In this document: one piece after another, positions 1 to 12,432 of the stretch
Layout: each line of letters begins with the position of its first letter
Numbering within the stretch: the first letter of the stretch is position 1
Assembly: GCA_021432655.1 (NCBI GenBank)
Contig: MU271200.1
Coordinates: forward strand, 1-43,628
Origin: Atractiella rhizophila
Taxonomy: Eukaryota
Reading direction: 5' to 3'
DNA length: 43,628 nucleotides
Notes under the pieces: generated by a model
What the model saw: only the letters and a program-made list of their open reading frames with translations
Told to the model about the DNA's origin: nothing
Database searches by the model: none
Translations under genes and position numbers: made by a program

Positions 1-979
1 GGAGTGTTTCAATACCTCGCTGGGGGTCATGGTCGCTTCATTCGCTCTTGAGTCGGCCTCATCCCCGTCCATGCCATGTAGATATTATCCGTCATGCAAA
101 TCTGTTTCGCTTCACCGATATCTATGTAAGGTGTTCGGGATGTTACCTCAGCCTTAGCGAATAGCAATCCCCCACTTTTTCGACACGACGTCGGTACGAT
201 ATATTTGTGCCTTGCTGGGCTCAGATGTGACAGCAGATAGTCTTCTCGCCGTAAAGTGCTACTACGAAGGTAACATCGGGCTTGGAAAGTGTTCCCACAG
301 AAGCGGATTGAGCTTTTGAGACAACATGGAACAAAATGGAGCAGAATATGGTTCAGGCCCAGGCGCTAGGGCTTGTATATATACCGACACGTCTCCCTCT
401 TCTCTGGAACAAGGAATACGCTAAACCCTCTGACCCTACATCTAATTCATCCTCGTCCTCGCTCGTTCCCCTCGGCAATATCGCGGCGAAGGCCGACCGA
501 GGACCGTCTCTGCCCTCACCACTCCCACGGCCGTTTTGATAGAGTGCCGATGGGGGAGGATAAAAGGGGACGGAGAACGAAGACCGACGCCAGAAGGGCA
601 GAAGCGGCAAAGAAAGGCGCAACAAAGGGCAAACTATTTCTTGTCGAAACGCCCTAACGGCCATCATCCCGTCCTCGCTTGGGGTTGCCCAATTTTTTCA
701 CCCTTCCTTCGATCGGAAGGGCTATATATAAGGGTAAATTGAACACATCTATAAAGGAGGAACCTCTCTGTCCTATCAATCCGCAGAGTACCAAGTTCAC
801 TGTCTATCTTACACAATGGTATCAAAAGTCAAAGCTGGGAAACAAGTGCAAGACCCTTACTACGGGTGCAGAGGTATGCTAGTGTGGAAACCGAAAGAGT
901 CTCAATCTGACCTTAGTGCTTAGATATCTCTATTCTATGTGCAGAGACAGCATACAACCTCTTTCCCTTCACTTCATCA

Positions 980-1501
980 ATGCAAGAAACTCCATCGTCA
1001 TCCTTGTCATCATGGGTGGTAAGCTTGTTCATCCCTCCGACAGGCTTACAAAAGCTGATGTAATAACAGGCATACATGCTGTATCGAACAGCTCTCCCAA
1101 ATCAAGTCGTTTTTCATGCCCTTCATCTTCTCCATCGCATATCCCAATCCTTCCATGCCGCACCAGCAATCTCCTCAATAAAGCACTTCCACGAGCGCCT
1201 CCTCCTTTCTTCTTTCATCCTCGCAACCGCATACAACGACGACTGCGCCTTCGCGAACTCGTCGTGGAAGATTGCAGCGCAAGACTTATTCACGGTAGCA
1301 GAGATCGACGAAATGGAGATGGAATTCCTGCTCTGCCTTGGCTGTCGATTACGACAAGAAGGGGAGGATCTGAAGAGCATTACACAAGAGGATGAAGCGA
1401 AGTGGCTAGCTGGCATTAAGTTGCAGGAGCAGAAGCTGGAACAGGTCCGAACAGGAAGATGGCCATTCTCACGACGGCTATCATATGTCGGAGCTCACTG
1501 A
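980..1501 (+). CDS. Pho80/Pcl-family cyclin-like protein (2 exons: 980-1018, 1070-1501)
   Basis: Cyclin-box pattern LPNQVVFHALHLLHR...RLLLSSFILATAYNDDCAFANSSW...EIDEMEMEFLLCLGCRL. A GTAAGC...CTGAT...CAG intron (1019-1069) joins ATG 980 in frame. Confidence 0.72.
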
Positions 1502-2422
1502 ATGAAGCTTTTTCTACGGTCATATTTTAAAAGCAATAAACCAGCTTTAGACCCTAGATTTCATATTTACCTCCTTTTTGGGCTGTTGTTCCGCTCTTGT
1601 CAAAATTCAACATGATGTACATCAACTTCAAAACTGCAAAATGTATGCCATCACGAATTGTCAATTTGATTTGATGTTTTCTTTCTCTGTAGTGATACAA
1701 AGGGGCAACCATACCCCAACTAAGAGTTTGGGAGGCTGGCTGAGATGCCAATTGCAAACGAAGCCAACACTGCAAGCGGGACTCACAAGGTCGAACTCTT
1801 TCAAGAGGTGAGAACAGCAAGCAACCGACTTCAATTCCGACCAACAAAAAAACACCGAAACGAATCCCAAGAACGCGCCCCCTAAATTGAAGAAAAACCA
1901 AGAAACAAGAACAAGAAAGAAGAAGCGAAAGGAAAAGGAACTGCAAACCGGGGGGGGAATCCGGGGTTCTGGAACTTGAAGTCGATATTTGAGAACTCCA
2001 CAAGACGGGAAATCGTGATACTGTTAAGTTGCAACCAAAGGGACCGATAGTACGCATGAGGATCCAGCGAACAATGTCGCCTGCCGAGGGAGTAAGCATG
2101 TCTGCCTGAGGTTGAAATGTGAGCGCGGCTACGGTGTAGAAGGGAAACACTCGGTCCGACACCCCAGGCTGAGATCTATAATTGCCAGATCGCGTCAGAA
2201 TCCCGTGGAAGCGAGACCATGCAACAAGACAATGATAGTCCTGCTGCTACAGGGCTATTAAACCCAACTTTCAAGTTTCCATTCAATCCCATCATGCTGA
2301 GAATGTTGTGTCTTTTCAGCTCTTCCTAGTCTTCCTACATACCCCGATCTTCGACTATATCAATCTTTCGCCCAAAAGACATTTGCAGGTGTGGTTGTGT
2401 TGTGGAAGCACCTTGGGTAGCT

Positions 2423-2431
2423 TCACGTGAC
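2423..2431. promoter_or_regulatory. E-box/Cbf1-type site TCACGTGAC upstream of the WBP2-like gene
   Basis: Exact motif ~120 bp upstream of ATG 2553. The same CACGTGAC occurs at 26062-26069 in another promoter. Function is inferred. Confidence 0.35.
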
Positions 2432-2552
2432 ACGACGGGCTTAGTCGCGCAGGCAAATTGATTTCGACAATCGACAATCAACATCTCTTTCATCACATCT
2501 CGGCCATTCCCTTTGTACTTTGTCTTGCGCCTCCAAAGACATCTTAGCGAAA

Positions 2553-3694
2553 ATGTCGGTAAACTGGACTATGATTTCGCCTGTGAACAGGCAGCCTGTT
2601 CCACTACCAAGTGCGTTTCCCCTGCCCCAACATCTCGAATTTGATTGGTGAGTTGACATGCCATCTATTAGACGAGAAGTTCTTTATCTCCATCGCCGGC
2701 ATCGATCTCACTCTCCGTCCGTGTTCCACCACCTCCGTACCTTCGCCCGCTGGAGCAGGGCAGAACGCGTATGGGGTCGTGCATCTCTCCAACCAGCGTG
2801 TAGTTTTCATCACCGATTCGCCGAACGACAAAAAGGAAGGAGAGGAGGAGGAAGACAAAAAGGATTTAGAGAGTTTGTCGATCCCTATTGGAAACTTTCA
2901 GGATGGGAGGTTTGAGCAACCTTGGTTTGGTGCGAATTATTATGAGGCGAGCGTCGTGCCAGTTAGCGAAGGTGGCTTGCAGGTAAGTTTTCCTTCGATA
3001 ATTCGTTGGGCGACGCGAGAGAGCGTGAGAGGAGGGACGCATTGAAAGCGTGGGTTGCGGCGTCGTAGTATTCCGGAGCTTGCGCATACGCTTGTATATG
3101 ATATTTGCGGAATTTAACCCAGCATCGCCCTTTCAGTGTAGATGTTGATATGTTCTCTCTGGCAGGGGCTACAACAAGTCAAGTTTTCATTCAAGGAGGG
3201 TCAAGCATGGCGGTGAGCTTCCCAGCTTGAAACTCCACACAACTTGACACGTCTTTTTCTTGTAGATTTTATGAAGTCATGGAAGAAATCAAGTCACTCT
3301 ACACCGGTGGTGCCGCCTCATCAAGAGGTGAAGATTTGCGTGCGTCTTTTCTCTGTTTTAGATTAGACACACATCGCTGATGACCGTGCTTGCAGCTGCG
3401 TACGAACCGCTCGATGCGGCACCACTGCCAGTTGCCAGCGGCAGTGGAAGTAACGTTTCGAGAGGGCCAATGCCCGAGAGGCGGAACTCGATCATTACGG
3501 ATGAGGATTTAGACGTTGCAAGAATCGCACGAGAGGAGGAAGAGCGGGAGAACGAGCTCAACGTAGGACCGTCCCCTCCTTGCTAACTCTGAGCTGACTT
3601 CCACCTCGCTCAGATGCGACATTCTATCCAGCTAGAGCGCGTGCGACAAGGTGAACATGGTGGAGATGACAGCATGCCACCAGCGTACAGTTGA
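2553..3694 (+). CDS. WBP2-like / PH-GRAM domain protein with PY motifs (multi-exon)
   Basis: MSVNWTMI...PVPL start; GVVHLSNQRVVF, SLSIPIGNFQDGRFEQPWFGANYY and VKFSFKEG are typical of the WBP2 GRAM domain; LPAY and terminal PPAYS motifs. Confidence 0.8.
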
Positions 3695-3882
3695 AGGATG
3701 TAGAAACCGCAAAGAGGACGTGAAAAGAGGGAACGGAATAGGTCCCATGTGAAATCTTGAAATAAGTAGTTGTGTGTCGCTTTACGTGTAGTGTCTGCAG
3801 TTTGCAAATTTGAATTTCATCAAATACATGCTCGGAAGCTCGAAAGGCACACTTCAAAATAAGCACAACACGACAATATAGT

Positions 3883-5872
3883 CTAGAACGCAACCTTGCG
3901 TTTTCTGCCTGTATATCTAGATAGGTATTATTGATCAGTTGACATTGCAGCACCAGATCCAGGGAAAACCTACTTCGAATCTCTTGGTACCCCTTCCTTC
4001 CCTTTCTTCCGATACAAATCCTTCTTACGCAGGATCCAATCCCGATCCTTATTTTCGGATTTTGCCGCCTTTCCCTTCCCCAACACCCTCAGACGTCTCT
4101 CACGATCTCGTTGACGACCTGCGTTCTTGACTCGCTCGCCGTCGTTCGTTGAATCTGCAACATCGGACAAAGCTTGTGGAAGAGCATGTGTTGTTTCGGA
4201 TACACTGATTGAAAACGAGTGATCAGCGCGTCGCCATTGGTTGAGAATACAAAGGAATACCCTGCCCAAAGCACCAAATAATATTTCCTCCTCTTCGAGC
4301 TCTCCGGATAATCAACGACGAGTCCGCCACCAAAACCAGCCTTCTCAGCGAAACCCATTATGAACTGGCACTGCTCATCGTTCTCAGGATAGAATTGCAA
4401 CACTGCACGGGCGCCGCGTTTGAGCGAAGAGTAGAGGGTGGTGAAGAAAAGGGATAGGCGTTGAGGCGGCGAGGATGTGGAGGTGTCGCTTGTGCATAAC
4501 CATTGGACGCAGGAGACTGAAATCGCACCGTCGAACACGCCGGGTCGGAATCCAAACCCTTGACCGATGTCTTGGAGGAAGAGGTCGCCTGTCACCTCGT
4601 TTTCGAGGGCTACTTCTACATAATCGAACAAGAAGATTGGGTCAGATTAAATCCTGCAAGTCTTGTTGGTACAATACTTCTCATTTGCTCACGGAGCGTC
4701 ATGTAAGTCAAATTTTCAGCCGCCAAGACTAATGATAGTCGATATATATGAACATCAACTAGCACCGGGATCCCCATATCACCAGTCAGGGAGATCAGCA
4801 TACTCAGGATGGCTCTCAAGAACAGCTGCCCAAACAGCTACAGAAGTACGTGAACATTGGTCAGCGAGTTTGATTTCGTATTGTGGAGCCCAGTTGCTGC
4901 CGTCTGATCAAATTGACAGTAGGGATAACCACCAAATGTTCCAATGTCGTAGAAGTAAAATTGTAATTCATGTTTGATACCGATAAAATTGAAATCACTA
5001 TGATACCGACTTTGTATTATCTTCCTTTGTCTGTAATCATTCAAAAGGCCCATCTTGGGCAATTCACAATGGAGCCACCGACGAATAGAGTGCCGTTTCC
5101 ATCACGTAACTCGAATAAATAGCTTGAATTCAGGGAACAACAGGCTGTCCTTGTTCTAATTCTTTAAAAATAAAAATGATATGCATTATCTATTGCCCTT
5201 CTATGCCACCTCGAGCTCACAACAGCATTTTCAGAAATTGATCAATCCATGGCATTTGGTCAATAACTACAAGGAGCACGCCAGGAAATTGGTTTGCTGT
5301 GTAGTAAAAATAGTAGAAGAGCACACAATATCGACGGGTTATAGCACAGACGCACTCAGCTGGAGAAGTTGTGGAAACACATCCATTCAGTTCAAACACC
5401 ACGATATTAGAAGACATAATCTTTCCGAAAACATTCGACCCATCACGTGGAAAGAAGAGAACACACCTAACATCCCACCACTAATGTCCACTCCAACCCA
5501 CTCATGTCCTCCGTCTGTCAAAATATCACCACTAAGTCCACTCCCACATCCAATATCTAACAACAAGCTCGGTTTATACCTCACTTCCTCATCCTCCTCC
5601 TCATCGCCTTCCTCCACATCCATCTCTTCATCCTCATCTATCTCCTCTGCCCCTCCCTCTCCATCCTCCTGCATCTCTGCATCTTTTGAAATAGGAGGAG
5701 AAGACTTTGGTTCCTTCGGTTTAGGAGGCAATCGTGGTAAATTGAGCAGCTCTAGACACCTCTCTGCGAGCTCAGCTTGGATGTAGCGTATTCGGCTGGA
5801 TTGTGAGTATTTGAGTGCCTCTGTTGCGGAGTAGAAAACAGAGGCTGGGGCGAGGTGTTCAGGCCGCGACAT
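3883..5872 (-). CDS. BUD23: 18S rRNA guanine-N7 methyltransferase Bud23/WBSCR22
   Basis: MSRPEHLAP N-terminus, LLDIGCGSGLSG SAM motif, DIGQGFGFRPGVFDGAISVSCVQWLC, AGFGGGLVVDYP, and C-terminal WILRKK...DSKYTGRKRKVAF after splicing. First intron 5466-4616. Confidence 0.96.
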
Positions 5873-6013
5873 GGTGTGATGGATGTAAGAGAAGCGCTAG
5901 TACGCTCGATTATCCATGCAAGCCGTTGTTGTGTTCGATACAGAGGGGAAGATTTTGTTTTGATCGGGAGGTGCGAAATGCGACATATCATCTTGTCCCT
6001 TCATCAAACTCCC

Positions 6014-6023
6014 GAAAATTTTC
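6014..6023. promoter_or_regulatory. RRPE-like palindrome GAAAATTTTC in the BUD23/NOC2 divergent promoter
   Basis: Resembles the fungal rRNA-processing element (TGAAAAWTTT) and sits between two ribosome-biogenesis genes. A similar GAAATTTT lies at 12485-12492 upstream of NMD3. Confidence 0.5.
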
Positions 6024-6095
6024 TGAGCGAGTATAAAGTGAAGGAAAGGACTGTGAGGAAGCCAGAGGAAGCATTACCCCGTCCTTGCTGTCCAG

Positions 6096-8547
6096 ATGGC
6101 CGTCACGAAACCCAAGCCTAACTCACGTCCCCGTGGGCAGGGCAGCTCCTCAGGTGGGAAGATGAAGAAGTCAACGAAACGGTTCCAAGCCAAACAGTTA
6201 GGAGGGGTCATCAAGGCCAGGAAGAAGGCGCAAGAGTTCAAGAGGAAGGTGGACAGGAGACAGCTGCTGAGGAATAAGGGGAAAGGAAAGGAAAAGCAGG
6301 AGGAAGAAGACGGCGGAGAGGACGCGTGAGTTTTATTTTCGTTGGTTCGGGAGAGGAAGAAGGTTGAGGGTTTATATTGCAGGGAGGTGGATGATGAAGA
6401 CGAAGACTTGATGGATGTCGATAAGTTGCTGGAAGGCAATTTCTCAGACGACGAAATCTCGAGCCGTAAAAAACCTGGAAAAGGCAAAGCAAAGGCTGAG
6501 CCTGTGGCTCCAGCTTCCGAGGACGATGATGAGGAGGAAGAAGACGACGATCTAGCGGATCTCCCGGATGCAGAAGCAGCCCATATCAACACTCTTCAAG
6601 GACTGGCTACCAAGGATCCAGAGTTCTATAAGTATCTACAGGAGCACGATGCCGATTTGCTAAACTTTGGCCTCGAGTCGGATGGAGGTGCGAGGTTCAG
6701 TTTACTGTCTAGGAAGATGTATAGGCTAATTATGACACAGACAACGAAGAGGATGAGGATGAGCAGGAAGAGGAGCAGCCAAAAAGCAAGAAGCGAAAAC
6801 GCTCGGATGAGGAGGACGAGGAGCAAGTCCTCACGCTGTCTACCGTCCGTAACTGGCAGCGATCCATTCTCAAGGCAAACTTCTCTCCCTTATTCTTCGT
6901 CCGCTACTCATGAAGAGAGATTAGACGCGTTCCCTCAAATCACTCCGCTCCCTCCTTCAAGCTTTTCGGTCCGCTTCCCTTCCCACAAACACTACCACCA
7001 CCCAGCCTTCTCTCTACACCATCCAATCTCCAGTCGTATACAGCAAAGTCCTCCGCACCTCTCTCGCCTACACCCCCGTCGTCCTCTCCACCCACTACCC
7101 ACCCAAAACGCACGCATCCGGAAAAGTGACCGTGAAACAAAATGCGCACACGAGCAAGATCGCAAAGTCCTACTTCTCCTCTCTCCTCTCTTTATGGCCT
7201 ACCCTGTCGGATGCTGACTTGAAGAGATTCGCGGTCGTGAAGGGTGGCGAAATGGCTCCGTGGCTTGGAGGTGGGAGGAATAAGAGGGAGTGGATCAGAT
7301 TGCTTGTGGATGCTTGGAGTCAAGAGGGGGAGGATGAAGTGAAAGTGGTCGCTCTCGTCGCTATAAGAAAGATGCTGAGCTCATCAGAAGGAAAAGCGAG
7401 AGAGGAAATCTTGTCTGTTCGTAGCAATCTCTTTCATCTCAACTGTGCTTGACGATTGAAATGAATTGGCGCAGGCCATTTATACGGCTTTTGTAAGCAA
7501 ATGCAAGAAAACCAACGTCCATACTCTCCCGCATATCAATCTCATGAAGAATTCTGCCGCCGAACTATTCACGATGACGGAGGGAGGGATGGAGGGGGAC
7601 ACTTATCAGCTAGCGTACGGGTATATTCGACAAATCGCCTTGGTGCTCCGACAAGCTATTCAAGGGAAACACAAGGTGAGTTCAAACCTCCATCCTACAG
7701 CGATGAAGGCACATTAAGAATGAACGCGGTAGGATGTTTACACATGGCAAATCGCCCACAGCATCGACTTCTGGTCCATTGTCATCTCCCTAGCATCCGA
7801 TAAGGCACAGCGCAACCCATCGAAGTTATCGGAGCTGCTGTATCCCCTCGTCCAAGTTGGTATGGGGATCATGAAGTACGTTATTTTTCTAATTTCTATC
7901 CCAAGCCGATTTACGATTCCGCAAACAGACTCGTGCCCACTTCCCGCTACCATCCCTTTCGTCTACATGTCCTCCACTCCTTCCTCCGCCTCGTCCAACG
8001 CACGGGGACCTTCATACCCCTTGCTCCATTCATCATTTCCGTCCTTTCATCCCCCGAAATCTCGAGCGGGAAAAACAGCACTCTCAAACCGCTCCCGTTC
8101 AATTTTATCGTCAAGGCTCCACAACAGTATTCAAAGACGCGAGTATACGGTGACGGATTACTTGAAGAGGGAACATACTTCCTCGCCGAATACCTCGCCG
8201 CTCTCTCCCCAAACGTCGCCTTCCCCGAACTCGTAATTCCCATCCTGATTACGCTCAGGAAAGCATTGAAGAAGACTCGGAATCCGAAATACACTGCGAG
8301 TATCAAACCGTTGGTGGAGAAGATTGAGGCGAACGTGAAAGTGGTGGAAGAGAAGAGGAGAGAGGTGGAATTTTCGCCCAGCGATAGGGCCGAACTGGTC
8401 AGGTGGAAGCGGGAAGAAGAGGCGGAGAAGACACCACTAGGCGTGTGGGTGAAGACACTGAGGAAGCAGAGGAGAAGACGAGAGGAAATTCTGGAGAAAG
8501 CGGCGAGGGAAGGAGGGGCGGATGTGGATGCAATGGAGGAAGAGTAG
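6096..8547 (+). CDS. NOC2: Nucleolar complex protein 2 (multi-exon)
   Basis: KKSTKRFQAKQL, LATKDPEFYKYLQEHDADLLNF, TNVHTLPHINLMKNSAAELF, YQLAYGYIRQIA, PTSRYHPFRLH, AFPELVIP, TPLG. Confidence 0.94.
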
Positions 8548-8795
8548 ATTCTATCTGATTGGTTTTATATTGTGTTTCAACTATAGCAAGCTTTGAAGCG
8601 AGCCGATGATACGGTATACTTGTCGCACTGCTTTTGGTACCAAAAGAGACTGACGTTAATAGTCACAGTGAGGGAACATGGAAGAGAACAAATGTGACTG
8701 CTTCTTATGCTTATTTTGCATTGGGATCAATATTGACAAATTCGGTTACATCAACATTTTACAGACTGACCACAGTTACAACGTTTGAGTACCCC

Positions 8796-9775
8796 TTACT
8801 TCATGTCGTCTGTAGGGAACTTCATAAACATATCCTGTGACCATTAAAAATAATGAATTCGGGCGTCAACAAAGTAGAGTTAAGATAAACGCACCTTCAA
8901 TTTATCGATGGGGAGAGCCATAAACCCAGCCAGCGTTTCCAAGGGAGGTTTGTTGGGAGCGCTAGGGTGCGCACTTTAACCATTCATCAGCTTCCTGTCC
9001 TTGGGGAAAGAATGCAATGACGAACTGAGTCGGCGCGAATTTCTTCGTTCGCCTGAAACTGGCTGCCGCAGATTGACTAGCCTCTTGTCCCAGCTTCTCC
9101 TCCAAAGATGGGAGATCGTTGAGCTCCTCAGAGTTGTTGTGCTCCTGCAAATGTTCCATGATCTCGAGAAGGAGATTGTCGTATTCTGCGGTCCCAACTT
9201 TCATGCGTTCGAGCTTGTAAATTCTTTCCTTGACTTTCTACAGTTGCATCACACCAAGCTTCAGATTGGGAAAGGTAAATGGGTGGTGGAGATTAGGCAC
9301 GTACTTGATGGTCTGCGCGATCTTCATCCGCAAGCTTTTTCCCTTCTGCTCCTAAATGCTTCTCCATCAAAGGATAGACCACAATTTCTTCACCGACGGC
9401 ATGACGGGCGACTTCCCAGCACAACTGATTTGCCCATCTATTTCAGACATATCAGTATGAAGATCCCAAACAGAAGCGGGAGAACAAACCTCGTTTTGTG
9501 ATCCGTGCTATCAGCCGTCACGTAATTGTCATAATACTCGTACATCTATAGCCATATTAGTCGTGCAAATTTCATTGGTCTAGAAACAAATAGACCTCAG
9601 CATGATCTTCTTTGATCCCACTCGTGAGATGACCTCCTTTGGTCGAATCCGTCGTTTTGAATTTCCTAGTACTGGTTGCCATAGTTCGATAAATTGGGAA
9701 TGCAACAACACCTTTCGAGTTGCTAGAAACAAAAGTCTGGCGAAGGACTGGGCGGAGAGCAGCACGGAGAGACAT
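8796..9775 (-). CDS. Hemerythrin/HHE cation-binding domain protein with a putative mitochondrial presequence
   Basis: Spliced product contains IKEDHAE, WANQLCWEVARHAVGEEIVVYPLME, DEDRADHQ, HLQEHNNSEELNDLP, FRRTKKFAPT and HPSAPNKPPLETLAG. Confidence 0.85.
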
Positions 9776-10620
9776 GTCGTAGACGAGCTTTCTGGGCCTT
9801 TTAAGCAGCAGTTCGGGAGACCCGCATAAAAGAAGACAGCTCATTAGCGCTCATTGGCTGGTTGACGACAAGTGAGCACAAGTGATTCAGATTCAGAAAC
9901 CCGGATCGCCTCAGGGATCGCTTGACATCGTTTGACGTCATACTCCAGAGAGACAACAGCATCTCTGACATTTCAACAACTCCTCGCACTGTGACGCGTG
10001 ACGCGTGACATCACCAGCACTGGTTAGCGTTTTAACACTGCGTTGAAGACAGGTATCAACCGGGAAACAAAGAGTAAATTAGTATCGTAAGAACGAGTCA
10101 CACTTGTACGCTTGATGGATAGATAGGAGAGTCTGATACCCTGAGGTCTGACACCATGCATTCAGGCTGCGGAGAGGCTCGGACGGCGGCGCAGAAGAGG
10201 CAATCACGTTTGCATTTATCGATTATTGTAATATCAGTGATAGTATCGATTGTAGATCACTCAATCACCAACTGAGAAAGTAATGGGGTAACATATTCTG
10301 TCACCAATGTTGGATGTGCGCAGAAAAGGGGGTTCAAAGAGAATCATCATTTCTTTAGGGAAGCAACGGGCTTACATGAAGATGAAGTGAATGAATTTGA
10401 CAGCACTGACGCTGCATTCCTGCCTTTTCTGGCGAAGACTGCAAGGATACCATGGAACTTGGAGAAAGAGGGAGAGTCTACGACTTTGTCACTTTTATAC
10501 AATTGTTTCTGATTTTGGCAATCTAAGCGGTTTGAACACACAGTCCCTGGGAAGGTCACAACAAACAAGCATCCATGAAAAGAAGACAGGATGAGCACAC
10601 ACCGGTGGAGCCCTAAAGCC

Positions 10621-12432
10621 CTACAGTTCCGCATCATCCATCTCCTGATCTTCCAGACCAAGCCGATTGACCCTCTCCACCAAATCCTCATCAAGGAGCT
10701 CATCGGTATTGATCTTTGGGATGTCCTCATCGTCCCCATCACCGCTCACACTTTCCATCTCGACGTCCCCTCCCTTCTTGTCCTTCTTATCGACTTCCAT
10801 CCCATCCTCTTTCTTCTTCTTGAACAATTGAATGTTCGCTCTCAGATCTTCATCCTCCTCCAAATCCTGCAAGAATCGCTCATAATCGTCATCCTGTCGT
10901 TTCTCTTCCCCTCTATCCCTTCCTCGTCCAGCTGCAGTTCTGATGAGACCAACTTGCTCTCCATCAGCTCCAACATCCTTGACCATTGAACGAAGCTTCC
11001 AGTTCCTCTTCCCCTTCTTTGTCCGGTTCGGATACGTCTTTCGGAACAGCACGACCTCGGGTAATCGATCGCGATCCTTTCCTTTCATCGATTCCCAATC
11101 TGGATTGTTGAAATTCGAGTTGCCAAGCCAATATCCAAGAACCGTATCGCCCGGTTTAAGGACTTGTCCAAGATGTGTACGGGTATGGAAGATTGTGCTT
11201 GAATCAACAGAGCTGGACACCGGACAAACCTGGGCATCGGCGAGAAGGAAGCGCACCTTTCCATTCCTGCCAGTCATGACCTTTGGCGGATGGGAAGTGG
11301 GCTCGATGTCGAGCACTACGAATTCTATCGCTTGCGAGGTAGGTGCTAGGATATTGAAAGGAGAACGAAAGTAGGTGACGGCGGAAAGCTCGGTGGTACG
11401 TAAGGATTGAGGGTCGATGAGTTGAATACCGTTCGAAATTCGGTGACACAGGACGAGCTGGGAGATGTTCGATAGCGACCGTGCCAGTTTTAGCGGCAGA
11501 CAGACAAGATCGTCTTTGCAAATCGGAGCGATTTCAACACTGTAGGAAGTCTTGCTGTTGGTCGTTGCATTTTGGATATCTTGAGAAACAAGTTGTTCGC
11601 TGACTTTGAGACTTGAAATATCCTCCATCAGCAAAAAATCTAGAACAATAGGTAGAAAAAACGAACTTTCCGGGAATGGTGCTCATGAGAAACTCCACCA
11701 TCTTGTTCGCATGTTGTTTCGAAGCATAGTGAAAATCTAACCCATTCTTCACCTCTTTCACACTCAACGTATTCTGATCGGCGTTTTGCTTCAAGATCAA
11801 TTGCTCGAGGTACAGAAACGTCCGTTTGTGATCGACTTTTTGGCGGACTTGTACGATTGATTTCCAAGTCTGTTTTGAAGCGAGGCGGGCACAGTCGCCA
11901 CATTGCGTATGGGCCACGACAAACTCGACTTCGAAAATTTGTTGCAACACAGTGGAAGTCAAAACCTTTGTTTTGCAAAATAGACGTTGAACACCGTTTT
12001 GCTTAGTGAGATGAGCAAATACGCACTTCCTTTTGAACAGTTAATTTCACTCGCAATCGCTTGCTATGCGGTTCAGTCCAAATGAACCCTGCATCAATCA
12101 GCCTGATCTTATTCAATCCTTTCAGCCGTCTGAGACAAATCGCCAACAACTCTCTTGACTCGAGTTCAGCGGGTAGCCAAGATTGAGGAGGTGAGAGATA
12201 GCGGTTGCAGTTCTTGCAGTAAGAGATAGAAGACTGTTTGGGTATCTCAGATGTGATATCGACGCTAGTTCTACAGTCAACCAGATATTTGGGTGGCAAG
12301 CGAAGAAACATGCCTGCTCCGTAAGCAGTTCACGCAGAGGCCAGCACTATTGGGCTCGATAAGGGTTCCACAGTCAGCGCAAAGGATGTAGGACTGCTGG
12401 GGTTGGGCGGGAGGGACGTATGCAGTGGTCAT
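10621..12432 (-). CDS. NMD3: 60S ribosomal export adaptor Nmd3
   Basis: ILCADCGTLIEPNSAGLCVNCLR, DAGFIWTEPHSKRLRVKLTVQKE, VQVRQKVDHKRTFLYLEQLILK, YSVEIAPICKDDLVCLP, RTHLG, DYERFLQDLEED. Confidence 0.97.

Noticed and set aside
1..700. Short overlapping ORFs on both strands at the window start
   Set aside because: No recognisable domain or consistent splice model; may be part of a gene extending outside the window.
1554..2162. 202-aa minus ORF and a Lys-rich plus-strand stretch
   Set aside because: Non-ATG start, low complexity, and the plus frames are interrupted; at most decayed coding sequence.
5299..5306. GTGTAGTA, the U2 snRNA branch-recognition sequence, inside the BUD23 intron
   Set aside because: Flanks do not resemble U2; an 8-mer is expected by chance.
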